From Candidatus Hermodarchaeum yapensis (lineage in GTDB: Archaea; Asgardarchaeota; Hermodarchaeia; Hermodarchaeales; Hermodarchaeaceae), in contig JAEOSK010000001.1 of assembly GCA_016840405.1 (NCBI GenBank), forward strand, positions 32,001-96,000: a DNA stretch of 64,000 nt, given 5' to 3'. Under the pieces are notes generated by a model that saw only the letters and a list, made by a program, of their open reading frames with translations, was not told the DNA's origin and did no database searches. The first letter of the stretch is position 1, and each line of letters opens with the position of its first letter. Of the stretch, positions 28,779 to 38,085 are shown piece by piece. Position numbers and translations under genes: made by a program.

Positions 28779-30524
28779 CTAGGTGTTGATGATGGTGCCG
28801 AGTTTTTTGCCGATGAGTTCGAGGAAGAGGGTATCGCGTTTGAGGGATTTTTCGTCTTCCACAGTTTGATTGTAGCTGATAGTGTAGAGGGTTTTGATGT
28901 GGTGAGTGGTACTGCGGATGCGTCCAAGGCTTTGTTCGTAGCGTTCGAGGGAGAGGGTGGTGCCGTAGTAGATGCCGGTGTCGGCTTCAGGGAGGTCAGT
29001 ACCTTTTTCGATGAGCCGTTCGGAGGCGAAGAGGACTTTGGCATCGCCGGCTTTGAAGGCGCTGATGCGGGCATGTTGCATAGCTCCAGTCATCCCCCCA
29101 TGCACGTTCGTGCTAGGAATGTTGTGATAGTTGGCGACTTGGGTCAAGTATTTCGTGGTGTCAACAAAACGGCAGAGCACTAAGATTTGTTGTCCTTCCT
29201 TGGTTATACGATCTAGCCAGTAGAGGAGGCGTTCCTGTTTTTTATCGGGAGCTTGTTCTGCTTCACGAGCCGCGATTTTTTGCAGAATGGTTTCAAATTC
29301 GGAGTTGGCGGTCAGGATTTTGTTGGTAATGTTATGGATGAAGGTTCGAAATGAGGGGAAGGTGCTTTCGAGGAGTCGTTGACGGGCAACCGTCATGAGG
29401 AGATATGCTCTGGCTGATGCGAGGATGCGATCAAGTTTTTGGTCATCTTCTGCGTATTCGTCTTTGAGTTTCTGTTGGAGTTCTTTTTTCGCAAGGAGGT
29501 CAGTGATGAAGAGCAGAATGCGGTCGTAGGGGATTTTGGGGCGTCCAGTGAGTGTCGAGTAGGCTTGGTTTAGGGGTGTGATGAGCAGGCGTTTGATGGT
29601 TGTGATTTTGCCATCGATTGTGCTGATCCAGTCGTCAAAGACGCGAATTCGTTGGAGGCGATAGGCAGGTTTATGATCTTCGAAGTCATCACCGACTGGG
29701 CGGATTTCGGCGACGCGTTGGTCGCCACCAAAAGTGGTTTTGAGTAGGTCGATTTTTGCATCTTGGGAAAGGGCTGCCGTAAGACCAATGACAATACGAT
29801 CTGAAGCGTGATTGAGCAAGTTCAAGAGGTTGAGGATGGGTTCGAATTTCTTATTCAATCGATAGTTGCGAGCCGAAAATTCGCGAATGACATGGTCTTC
29901 TAAGCGTTTTTTGTCAACTTCATAGTTCAGAGTCTCGGAGGCTTCGAGTTCTTGTTTGAGATCAGAGATGATTTGATTGAATGTACGACCATTACCAAAC
30001 CTGCGTTCGATAAACTGGATAGTTTCGTTTCGAGGGCGTTTTTTACCATAGCTTTGCGCAAAAATGTCAAGAATTTCGTCAATTATTACCACCCGAACTT
30101 TTTCCAGAGTGCTTTTTTTAATTCGCCTGGTTCGTCCGGTTATTGCGTTCAGCAAAAGAATTGGTGTGGCAAAGATGAACTTGGCCATATCTGCATGTTG
30201 CTGAGTCATTTGGGCGGGTAGGGTTTTTTCTTCATCCAATAAGAAGAGGTACCCCTGGTTGGCAAGTCCGTACGATTTTGCCATCGCATAGATTTGATAC
30301 TTGAGTTTGCGATCTTGGACCAGAAAGAGTACTTTTTCATCGGGTTGAAGTAAGTTGCGTTCAATGAGCATCTCAACAATAAGGGTGGAAATGAAGGTTT
30401 TACCCATCCCTGTGGGAAGAAGTAACAAGAATACCTTCTGTTCGTTGTGTTCTAAGTAATTAATGACTTGATCTCGGGCGTTTAGCTGGTACAAACGAGG
30501 TTGGTACTCATTCTTATCTGCCAC
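28779..30524 (-). CDS. SF2 helicase-like protein of Hef/Mph1/FANCM type, no nuclease domain, degenerate motifs
   Basis: PRLYQ, LPTGMGKT, ATP, IIDEIL, GLTAA, EKGTDLP, QSLGRIR. Confidence 0.8.
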   Translation of the reverse strand: MADKNEYQPRLYQLNARDQVINYLEHNEQKVFLLLLPTGMGKTFISTLIVEMLIERNLLQPDEKVLFLVQDRKLKYQIYAMAKSYGLANQGYLFLLDEEKTLPAQMTQQHADMAKFIFATPILLLNAITGRTRRIKKSTLEKVRVVIIDEILDIFAQSYGKKRPRNETIQFIERRFGNGRTFNQIISDLKQELEASETLNYEVDKKRLEDHVIREFSARNYRLNKKFEPILNLLNLLNHASDRIVIGLTAALSQDAKIDLLKTTFGGDQRVAEIRPVGDDFEDHKPAYRLQRIRVFDDWISTIDGKITTIKRLLITPLNQAYSTLTGRPKIPYDRILLFITDLLAKKELQQKLKDEYAEDDQKLDRILASARAYLLMTVARQRLLESTFPSFRTFIHNITNKILTANSEFETILQKIAAREAEQAPDKKQERLLYWLDRITKEGQQILVLCRFVDTTKYLTQVANYHNIPSTNVHGGMTGAMQHARISAFKAGDAKVLFASERLIEKGTDLPEADTGIYYGTTLSLERYEQSLGRIRSTTHHIKTLYTISYNQTVEDEKSLKRDTLFLELIGKKLGTIINT

Positions 30525-30633
30525 AAATAGCCCTCATCAACAATTTTCGAATATCTGCCGATGAAAACAGACTTTATATAAATTTGGAAAATTGCTCTGA
30601 TGGGTATCGACTGAAACTTGCTTTAAAAATGTC

Positions 30634-31464
30634 TTAGATTTGTTCCTCAATACGATTTAGCCATTCATGGACAAGTGTGTTGAATAATTGCTCTTGTTCC
30701 ATTTGTAGGCAATGACCTGCTCGGTCAAGGACAGCAAAGGTGGCACGCGGATAATTTTCCAAGATGTTCCAAGCGTCTTGATAGCCCACCCAATGGTCTT
30801 GACGACCTACGAGAATGAGCGTGGGCTTCTCAAATGCTTTTGGTGGGGTATCTACATTGAAACTGTATTCATTCCCGTGTGTAACTAGTTGGTTTAGGAA
30901 TGAATGGTTTGCTACTTTTACGCCAGGTAGAATTTCTGGTTCGTAGCGTTTCCAGTGCTCTGAAGTTTGAATCACTGCTACTTCAGTGAAACCTTCCTTT
31001 TCTGCAGGATTCATTGTTGATAAGAACGCGTCATCTCGGACCAGTACGTTTTTGGGAGGAAGTGTTCGATCTGCTCTTTCGGAGACCACTCGGGGCACAA
31101 TTAGAAGCAATCCATCTACTGGTTCCATACGCTTGTAAAGCACTCCCCGAGCTAGATAGCCACCATAGGATAAACCGACAAGCAGGAATCGTTGATTCGG
31201 AATAATTGTGTCAATGAACTCTAGGACAACTTGTAGAATGTGGTCTTGATTCTTAATCCACTTAGGGGCTGGGGTTTGACCATGTCCCGGTAAATCGAGA
31301 TAAAATCGCTGCCATCCAGAACGGGTTTTGAATACTGGTTCCATGCACCCCACCATAGAGTGATGATCAAGCGTTGAACCATGTATAATCATCACAGGTT
31401 TCCCTTTACCATGCATCACGTAATGGACAGTGATATCCTTTAGTCTGCATTTCATGGTCTTCAC
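30634..31464 (-). CDS. Alpha/beta hydrolase
   Basis: IIHG, DLPGHG, GLSYGG nucleophile elbow, GRQD, AGH. Confidence 0.93.
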   Translation of the reverse strand: MKTMKCRLKDITVHYVMHGKGKPVMIIHGSTLDHHSMVGCMEPVFKTRSGWQRFYLDLPGHGQTPAPKWIKNQDHILQVVLEFIDTIIPNQRFLLVGLSYGGYLARGVLYKRMEPVDGLLLIVPRVVSERADRTLPPKNVLVRDDAFLSTMNPAEKEGFTEVAVIQTSEHWKRYEPEILPGVKVANHSFLNQLVTHGNEYSFNVDTPPKAFEKPTLILVGRQDHWVGYQDAWNILENYPRATFAVLDRAGHCLQMEQEQLFNTLVHEWLNRIEEQI

Positions 31465-31513
31465 TGGAAACGTCTCGTCTTACCTATCTTAAAAAAGATG
31501 GGTGTAAAGGAAT

Positions 31514-32143
31514 ATGAGGGTGGAAGGTTTGTCCATCGAAAATATTAACGGATTAATTCGTGACTGGCGACAGGGTAGAAAACGCGGGCTTAGAAGGGAG
31601 ACCTTTGCAGCAAATCGGAAGGGCTATCAGCAACTCGTTGCGGCATTGGCTGGTGAGTATCTGCCAAGAATTCGGGAATTTGTGACTACAGAACAGACGC
31701 CACCGAAAAGAGCGTTAAAAGCTTGGAAACAACTGATGACCGACTTTGAAGAAGATATGCGGATGTTGGATGCCTTCGATCCCAGTGGAAAAGCCCTATT
31801 TACCGCAGCAGTCATCATTGCACGGGGTGCTTTTCGTGATAAGAAGGCTCAGAAAGCCTTCGAACAGTCAAAAAATGAACCTGTTGACATCTTTGGTAAT
31901 CCAGAACTCATTAGCTGTATCGCTGCCTCATTAGATAATATCATTGATCAAACATATCATGCCATGCGGGGGATGACAGGCAAGGATTTACGGAGTTCTT
32001 TAGTAAGGCGCGCCTCACAACGGCTTCATAATGCCTTAAACCAAGGTGTGATTAGGGACCTTAATGAAGTCCAAACACTGCTCCTCCACCCATTAGCAGT
32101 AGTTGAAATGGAACGAGAGAAGTTCCTAATTGGAAAATCTTAA
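31514..32143 (+). CDS. Hypothetical helical protein
   Basis: 209-aa ORF; no motif recognised. Confidence 0.7.
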   Translation: MRVEGLSIENINGLIRDWRQGRKRGLRRETFAANRKGYQQLVAALAGEYLPRIREFVTTEQTPPKRALKAWKQLMTDFEEDMRMLDAFDPSGKALFTAAVIIARGAFRDKKAQKAFEQSKNEPVDIFGNPELISCIAASLDNIIDQTYHAMRGMTGKDLRSSLVRRASQRLHNALNQGVIRDLNEVQTLLLHPLAVVEMEREKFLIGKS

Positions 32144-32222
32144 TCCATGTATTGGAATTTTGAACTTCATTGGCAGCTCTGATGTTGAATCGTGTATCTA
32201 GTTTATTGGTATCTGGTTTTTG

Positions 32223-32900
32223 TTAAATGGCGAAGTTTGGTGGGGCTCCAAGGGTAGTAAGAATGAAAAGAATTCCAACGAGCAAAGTGATGGAGAGAGG
32301 AATCTCAAAGTAGCCCAGACTTTTTAGAGGTAGCAGAAACGATGTGTTTTCCTTGTATTTTGTGTAGGTGGCATCAAAGGTTTTGGTAAGGTGGGATTCT
32401 TCGATGAGGGCAAGGGTGATATAGATTGCAAGTTGACCAAACCATAATGCAAGTGTGGCTTCGGGCGTGAGCCAGCCTATGCCAAACGTGTTCTTGAGGA
32501 GATTATAGCTTATTGAAGTTAAGCCTAGGGTTAGAAGAATAAAGCCCGCATATTGGGGGTGGCGAATAAACCGGTACGGACCAGTAGTGACAAGCCCTTC
32601 CTTTCGATGGGTATACAAGTAGATAATCGAATAAATTACAAGGATGAGCCCTGTAACAGCAACAATAGTTTCTAGAGGGTACATATGAATGCTCATTTGG
32701 ATCCCTTCGAGGATTGCATTCGGGATGCTCCAAGGAAATTGTGATGCTAAAACAAGCAGGTAGAGAAATACTGGCATAGTCATTAATACAGGATATACAC
32801 CCAAAGGAGGAATCTGTTGGAGGAGCAGAACGAGGTAGCCACTGACATTCAAGAAACCAGTTTTAATCTTCTTTAGAAATGACATTTTACGTCCCTTCAA
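32223..32900 (-). CDS. ICMT/PEMT-family membrane methyltransferase
   Basis: LVTTGPYRFIRHPQYAG...EESHL...Y..Y. Confidence 0.88.
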   Translation of the reverse strand: MKGRKMSFLKKIKTGFLNVSGYLVLLLQQIPPLGVYPVLMTMPVFLYLLVLASQFPWSIPNAILEGIQMSIHMYPLETIVAVTGLILVIYSIIYLYTHRKEGLVTTGPYRFIRHPQYAGFILLTLGLTSISYNLLKNTFGIGWLTPEATLALWFGQLAIYITLALIEESHLTKTFDATYTKYKENTSFLLPLKSLGYFEIPLSITLLVGILFILTTLGAPPNFAI

Positions 32901-32986
32901 ACAGAAGTTCTCTTACCTACACGAACCTATAATCCTAAAGTTTAGAACACACTGTTCAAGGGTTTAGCACAATTCGGAAAAAAGGA

Positions 32987-33520
32987 TCAAAATCTAAATT
33001 CCATGTGAATATCCTCTGGTTCCAATTCGAACAATTTCGGATCAATTACCTTGGCCAGTTGGAATCCACAACTCAAATAGAACTCGACAGTTTTCTTTGA
33101 TGGCGTTGCAGAAACATAGAGATTTTTTGCTCCCAGTGTTTTCGCGTTCTTTTTAACCAATTCAACTAGGTGTCTGCCAACACCTCGGTCTCGAAATGGT
33201 TGGCTGACCCAGAGAGCAGCGAGATTAAGACGATCCTTATTGCTCCCGAAGAACTCATGGTCAAGGGCAATAATTCCTGCAATTTTCGAACCCTTGAAGG
33301 CACCAATCACAGTGCCACCCCGGTGGTGGATGTCCAGTAATCGTTGGTGGTATTCTTGTTTCTGTTCTGTTGACCATTCAGGGATGTCCCAGTGTTCTTT
33401 TTCGAGTTCTAACTTGCTGTCCCGAAAATAGTAGATGTGTTCGATGACTTCGCGGCGATTGAGCTCTGCTACGCGGTGTAGCTCATCTTTGTGCATTTGT
33501 CGGTATTTCATTTCAGCCAA
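32987..33520 (-). CDS. GNAT acetyltransferase
   Basis: WVSQPFRDRGVGRHL, YVSATPS..TVEFYLSCG, EPEDIHME. Confidence 0.9.
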   Translation of the reverse strand: MAEMKYRQMHKDELHRVAELNRREVIEHIYYFRDSKLELEKEHWDIPEWSTEQKQEYHQRLLDIHHRGGTVIGAFKGSKIAGIIALDHEFFGSNKDRLNLAALWVSQPFRDRGVGRHLVELVKKNAKTLGAKNLYVSATPSKKTVEFYLSCGFQLAKVIDPKLFELEPEDIHMEFRF

Positions 33521-33717
33521 CTCAAAGGCTTCTTACTTCATCTAACTTAAAACCCCGACCATGCGTAGTGTTTTGCTGAAGATTTCTGACTTTGTCGGTT
33601 CGAAAAACCACTCAGTTACGGGTTTTAGCCGCAGTTTTTCTCATTTTCCGGTTTCCATGTAAATAAAAGGGAGATTAAACTAACAAAAGAGTAACTTTCC
33701 CATCGTGGTGATCTGTC

Positions 33718-34677
33718 TTGTCCTGGTGGCTTTCTTGGAGGCGGAAACAACATTCCGCATATGTATGTCTCATTGTTCTGACTTTGTTTTTTGGGTCCCT
33801 AGTTTCTGTGCTACCAAGAACCGTTGTAGCCCAACCACCCACCGATTTGGAGGGTGTTAATGTAGCGGTATATGGCATTGAGGAATATCATAGTAGCATC
33901 GTCAATAATAACCCGAGTTACAATGCAATGTGGAATATGTATTCTTGGATGAACGCTACCGTAGAACTAGTCGAAGGGGCTGATATTATCGCGGGGGCGT
34001 TAGCAAATTATGATCTTCTCGTCTTCCCTGCATGGGGACCAAATCACTACATTTGGGATGTAACCCAGGCTGGGATTATCCAAATACGCCAATATCTTGC
34101 TGCAGGTGGATCGTTGTTCAGTGTTTGTCGTGGCACAGAATTTGTGATACAAAATCTAGCCCTAATCGACGCCGAATTAGACTACATTACAGCCTACATG
34201 CCCCAATGTATGGATACACATACAGGGCCTCAATATCTAATGGAAATGACAGTCAACCGCGCCTCGACCGGTCCTGACCTCTCGGATGAACCCGAATCGT
34301 ATCGCCTCTTCTGTTCAGGTTCAGCTGCCTTCGTAGGCGCTGGTGTAGCCGATGCTATTCCAATCCTATCGTATCCGGATAATGGTGGATCTGGCATGAT
34401 TGTATTTCATTTTGGAGCGGGAACTGTTTGTCTGTGTACGCCTCATCCAGAGTTTGAAGAAGGTAGTGATCGGGATGGGGCTGTGTTCCGTGAAAGGCTG
34501 AATGATACTGATTCCGAGTGGGATTTGGTGCGAAAAGTGTCAAGTTGGCTTGTTGAAGCCTCACCGGATGTTCCTCCAGTAATGGTCCATTTACCAATTA
34601 TTGTGGCTGGAGTAATCGGGTTTGTTGTAGTAATTGGAGGCCTTTTCGTATTTATAAGAGTGAAAAGAGGAAATTAA
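33718..34677 (+). CDS. Secreted, C-terminally anchored BPL-N/class I glutamine amidotransferase-like protein
   Basis: Signal peptide, GGSLFSVCRG nucleophile elbow, PHPE, C-terminal TM followed by basic residues. Confidence 0.8.
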   Translation: MSWWLSWRRKQHSAYVCLIVLTLFFGSLVSVLPRTVVAQPPTDLEGVNVAVYGIEEYHSSIVNNNPSYNAMWNMYSWMNATVELVEGADIIAGALANYDLLVFPAWGPNHYIWDVTQAGIIQIRQYLAAGGSLFSVCRGTEFVIQNLALIDAELDYITAYMPQCMDTHTGPQYLMEMTVNRASTGPDLSDEPESYRLFCSGSAAFVGAGVADAIPILSYPDNGGSGMIVFHFGAGTVCLCTPHPEFEEGSDRDGAVFRERLNDTDSEWDLVRKVSSWLVEASPDVPPVMVHLPIIVAGVIGFVVVIGGLFVFIRVKRGN

Positions 34678-34781
34678 TCGAACTATTCAGTTACCTTCAT
34701 CAGCATTTCTTCCCTCTATAAGGAAGATTAATGAGTCCACAGAACTGGTTGGCGTTTATCCCTTCTCTTTGACAATGCTCT

Positions 34782-35594
34782 TTGTTATGGGTGATATTAG
34801 TGATAGAAAAAGGTCGAACCTTCCTCAAGGCTACAGACCATGAGAAACTCGTGAAATTAGAAGAGAAACATCCTGAACTTCTTCCCGATCAAATGAAAAA
34901 AATCCCTCCTCCTCCGTATCAGAAGAATTATCCCAAGGATGCAGAGCTCATCGACTTGGTGGCACCCAAAGACTTCACCATTGGCCAAATCCCGTTAATT
35001 GATGCCATAAACCGTCGTAAAAGTCATCGAGGGTTCACGAAAGAATCCCTTACAATCGAAGAATTGTCCTTCTTACTATGGGCCACGCAAGGTATTCGGG
35101 AAATCAAAGTAGATCATCGCCATGGTAAAGTTGAGACCACTAAACGCACCGTTCCTTCTGGTGGTTCACGACATCCCTATGAAACCTATCTTCTGGTGAA
35201 TCGTGTCGATGGACTTCAACCCGGAATTTATCGTTATCTGGCTATTGAACACAAACTTTACTGCGTGGCGCCTGGAGAACCTGACTTCTCGGATCGAATG
35301 ACCAAAATCTGTGGGGGTCAAACGTTTGCAGGACGCGGAGCCGTCGTCTTTATTTGGGCTATCATTCCGTATCGAATCGAATGGCGCTATAGCATTGCTG
35401 CACACAAAGGAGCAGCAATTGAAGCTGGGCACATTTGCCAAAATCTCTATTTGACCTGTGAAGCCATTGGAGCTGGAACATGTGCTATCGCGGCCTACAA
35501 TCAAAAATCTGCGGATGCTTTCATCGGCGTTGACGGCAAAGACGAATTTACTGTCTACATTTCGTCCGTGGGGAAAATTCCACAGCAAAAATGA
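34782..35594 (+). CDS. SagB/ThcOx-type nitroreductase-fold dehydrogenase
   Basis: RRKSHR, LLWATQG, RTVPSGGSRHP.E, EAGHICQN; true start probably GTG at about 34800. Confidence 0.9.
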   Translation: MLWVILVIEKGRTFLKATDHEKLVKLEEKHPELLPDQMKKIPPPPYQKNYPKDAELIDLVAPKDFTIGQIPLIDAINRRKSHRGFTKESLTIEELSFLLWATQGIREIKVDHRHGKVETTKRTVPSGGSRHPYETYLLVNRVDGLQPGIYRYLAIEHKLYCVAPGEPDFSDRMTKICGGQTFAGRGAVVFIWAIIPYRIEWRYSIAAHKGAAIEAGHICQNLYLTCEAIGAGTCAIAAYNQKSADAFIGVDGKDEFTVYISSVGKIPQQK

Positions 35595-35655
35595 GTAATT
35601 TACCAAGCGGAACTGGTAGATACAAATTAACAGCTTTAAGAGAGATACCGGATTA

Positions 35656-36045
35656 TTGGTTGATGTGGTTTCTATGCCGCGAGTTATTGATTTTGAAATT
35701 CCTGCAGATGATGTAGAACGAATTACAAAGTTCTACAAGACCGTGTTTGGATGGAAGGTAAAAAAATGGAAGGGCCCGGTTGATCATTGGTTTCTGGTAA
35801 CTGGTGACGACGCTGAGCCTGGAATAAACGGTTCCTTTGCTAAGCGAGAAGACTTTCCTGAAGGAACCACAGTGAATGTTATAGGCGTTGACAATGTGGA
35901 CAAATATGCTTTGCTGGTGAAAACGAATGGAGGGACGCTTGTCGGGGAAAAAATCACGATACCAAAGGTTGGCTATTATCAGTATTTTAAGGATACAGAA
36001 GGAAATCTCATGGGAATGATGCAATACGATACGCCAGTAAATTAA
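35656..36045 (+). CDS. VOC/glyoxalase family protein
   Basis: FEIPADD.ER...FY..VFGW, GING, IPKVG...FKDTEGN. Confidence 0.9.
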   Translation: MVDVVSMPRVIDFEIPADDVERITKFYKTVFGWKVKKWKGPVDHWFLVTGDDAEPGINGSFAKREDFPEGTTVNVIGVDNVDKYALLVKTNGGTLVGEKITIPKVGYYQYFKDTEGNLMGMMQYDTPVN

Positions 36046-36057
36046 TCATCCAAATCG

Positions 36058-36645
36058 GTGGAGCTGATGTCCGGGATAGTATCAGGCCTTCCTGAAAAAC
36101 TGGAGAGTCAACGTCTACTGATACGAAGATACTCGGAAGGAGATGGAATAGCGCTTTTCGCATTCTTGGAACGCAACAATAACCGAGAATTTCTCTTCCC
36201 CAATGTCGAAGAAGTTGCCATAATTAAGACAATAGAAGAAGCGGAAACTAAGGTGCAAAAACATGCAGCAGAGTGGGACTCCCGAAAACGTTTCGTGTTG
36301 GGTATCTGGGACAAAAAGACCAATATTTACATTGGTGAGATCTGGATTGAACCCAAAATATGGGGTGTCCCCTCTTTTGAGCTTGGCTGGTTCTTGGGTC
36401 AGGGATACCTTGGAAAAGGCTTTGCGACGGAAGCCGCACAGCGTTCCTTGGAATTTCTCTTCCATGACTTGGGAGCACATAAAGTAATTGTCATAACCCG
36501 TGATACTAATCATCCGAGTATCAAACTCGCTGAACGACTTGGATTTAAAAAAGAGGGACATTTACGTGAAGCACGAATCGAGCATGGAACTCGTTATGGC
36601 CTTGTTTACTATGGCTTGTTAAAAACAGAATTCACAAGTTCCTAA
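36058..36645 (+). CDS. GNAT acetyltransferase, RimJ/RimL family
   Basis: ELGWFL...GKGFATEA, N..S..LAERLGF.KEG.LRE. Confidence 0.9.
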   Translation: MELMSGIVSGLPEKLESQRLLIRRYSEGDGIALFAFLERNNNREFLFPNVEEVAIIKTIEEAETKVQKHAAEWDSRKRFVLGIWDKKTNIYIGEIWIEPKIWGVPSFELGWFLGQGYLGKGFATEAAQRSLEFLFHDLGAHKVIVITRDTNHPSIKLAERLGFKKEGHLREARIEHGTRYGLVYYGLLKTEFTSS

Positions 36646-36673
36646 TTTCTGAAAATAGTACCCCCTTCTCGTT

Positions 36674-36709
36674 GAAAATCGTACTTACCGGTTCCCGTTC
36701 ATAAAAATA
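36674..36709 (+). promoter_or_regulatory. Conserved 36-bp upstream element, copy 1
   Basis: GAAAATCGTACTTACCGGTTCCCGTTCATAAAAATA; 2 mismatches to copies 2 and 3. Confidence 0.8.
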
Positions 36710-36753
36710 TGAGAAAACATCTTCATTGGTCAATCCTACTGGTGCTACTGAAA

Positions 36754-37920
36754 ATGTTGAGGACTAAACGTTGGATACTGATATTAATTCCAATAATACT
36801 TGCATCAACAATTTCACCTGTGACTAGCACACTTTCTTCGCCAATCCAAAGACGTGATTATTGGCCCAATATGGGGTGGCGATTATTACACCCTGAGGCG
36901 CAAGGTATGAATTCAACTCGATTGAACGAATTTTGGAACTATATGTATACAGAAGCACTTCTGGGAGGATTCTTGCTTATCCGTAACGGGTATCTGATTT
37001 ATGAAGCGTTCTATCCTGGTGTGGGCGCAGATCACCTCTGGAGTGTTGTTTCAGTTGCAAAAAGTGTTACTGCGACAGCTCTTGGTGTTGCCCTAGCAGA
37101 GGGATACGTTACGGGTATCAATGCTTCCGTCTTAGACTTCTTTCCAGACCGAACAATAGCAAATCTGGATCCACGCAAGGATGCTATGACAATTCGGCAT
37201 CTGCTCACTATGTCCGCTGGGTTTGAATCCCAACTTGAGCAAATTGTTCTTCCAAATGACTGGATACAATACCTTCTCGATTTGCCTATGATCCACGAAC
37301 CTGGAGAAGTCTGGAACTTTGACGGTGGTTGTTCACATCTCATCTCGGCAATCATCACACAAACAACAAGTCTACCCATGGCAGAATACGCTCAAATCCG
37401 ACTCTTTGGGCCAATGGGGATTTCCAATTATGAATGGGATGCAGACCCACAAGGGAACACGATGGGATTTGGACATTTAACTATGAATTTACGGGATTTA
37501 GCCAAAATTGGGTTTCTGTACTTGAATAATGGAACTTGGGGTCCTTTCCAACTAGTCCCCTCAGAATGGGTGATTGAATGTACCCAGACACACTTTCTTT
37601 TACCAGATGGTGTTGGTTATGGGTATCAGTGGTGGGTTGATCCCGCCATTTCAGGATATTCTATGCGTGGGACAGGTGGGATTCGCGTTTTTGTACTTCC
37701 CGAACAGGACATAGTCCTCGTATTTGCTGGCGCATCGGTCTTTGGCATTCTTGACTATTATTCTGCCTTTGAGGAATTTCTTTATCCCGCAATCATTGGT
37801 GACCCTGTTAGTTACCCACAATCGGTAACCGAACAAATTTTACCTTTCGTGATTGTACTCCTTGTTGTTGTGATCCCAATTGTAATTGTTAATAAGTCCC
37901 GACGAGGAAAACGGTCTTGA
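36754..37920 (+). CDS. Secreted membrane-anchored serine hydrolase (beta-lactamase class C/PBP-like), paralog 1
   Basis: SVAK, TIRHLLTM, DLAKIG.LYLN.G, YGYQWW; signal peptide and C-terminal TM; start chosen by alignment with paralogs. Confidence 0.9.
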   Translation: MLRTKRWILILIPIILASTISPVTSTLSSPIQRRDYWPNMGWRLLHPEAQGMNSTRLNEFWNYMYTEALLGGFLLIRNGYLIYEAFYPGVGADHLWSVVSVAKSVTATALGVALAEGYVTGINASVLDFFPDRTIANLDPRKDAMTIRHLLTMSAGFESQLEQIVLPNDWIQYLLDLPMIHEPGEVWNFDGGCSHLISAIITQTTSLPMAEYAQIRLFGPMGISNYEWDADPQGNTMGFGHLTMNLRDLAKIGFLYLNNGTWGPFQLVPSEWVIECTQTHFLLPDGVGYGYQWWVDPAISGYSMRGTGGIRVFVLPEQDIVLVFAGASVFGILDYYSAFEEFLYPAIIGDPVSYPQSVTEQILPFVIVLLVVVIPIVIVNKSRRGKRS

Positions 37921-38005
37921 ACCCATATTGATCTTTCCTAAGGTCGAATGCCAAAAAAAGAATTCAAGAGTTACAGTTTTGACGCGATATCTACTCAAGG
38001 TTGTT

Positions 38006-38041
38006 GAAAATCGTACCTGCCGGTTCCCGTTCATAAAAATA
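38006..38041 (+). promoter_or_regulatory. Conserved 36-bp upstream element, copy 2
   Basis: GAAAATCGTACCTGCCGGTTCCCGTTCATAAAAATA. Confidence 0.8.
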
Positions 38042-38085
38042 CCTGGTGAACTCTTTGTGTGATATCCTTGTGGATGTTGCTGAAG

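Noticed and set aside
32223-32900. ICMT-family enzyme as a modifier of the small GTPases
   Set aside because: None of the three GTPases ends in a CAAX or CC motif, and the family is widespread in prokaryotes
33640-33670. Fourth copy of the hydrolase promoter element upstream of the BPL-N gene (CCGGTTTCCATGTAAATAAAA)
   Set aside because: Only a partial match; cannot be separated from chance without a motif model
34782-35594. SagB-like gene as part of a RiPP (azole) cluster
   Set aside because: No YcaO, E1-like protein or precursor peptide nearby; stand-alone copies are common in anaerobes
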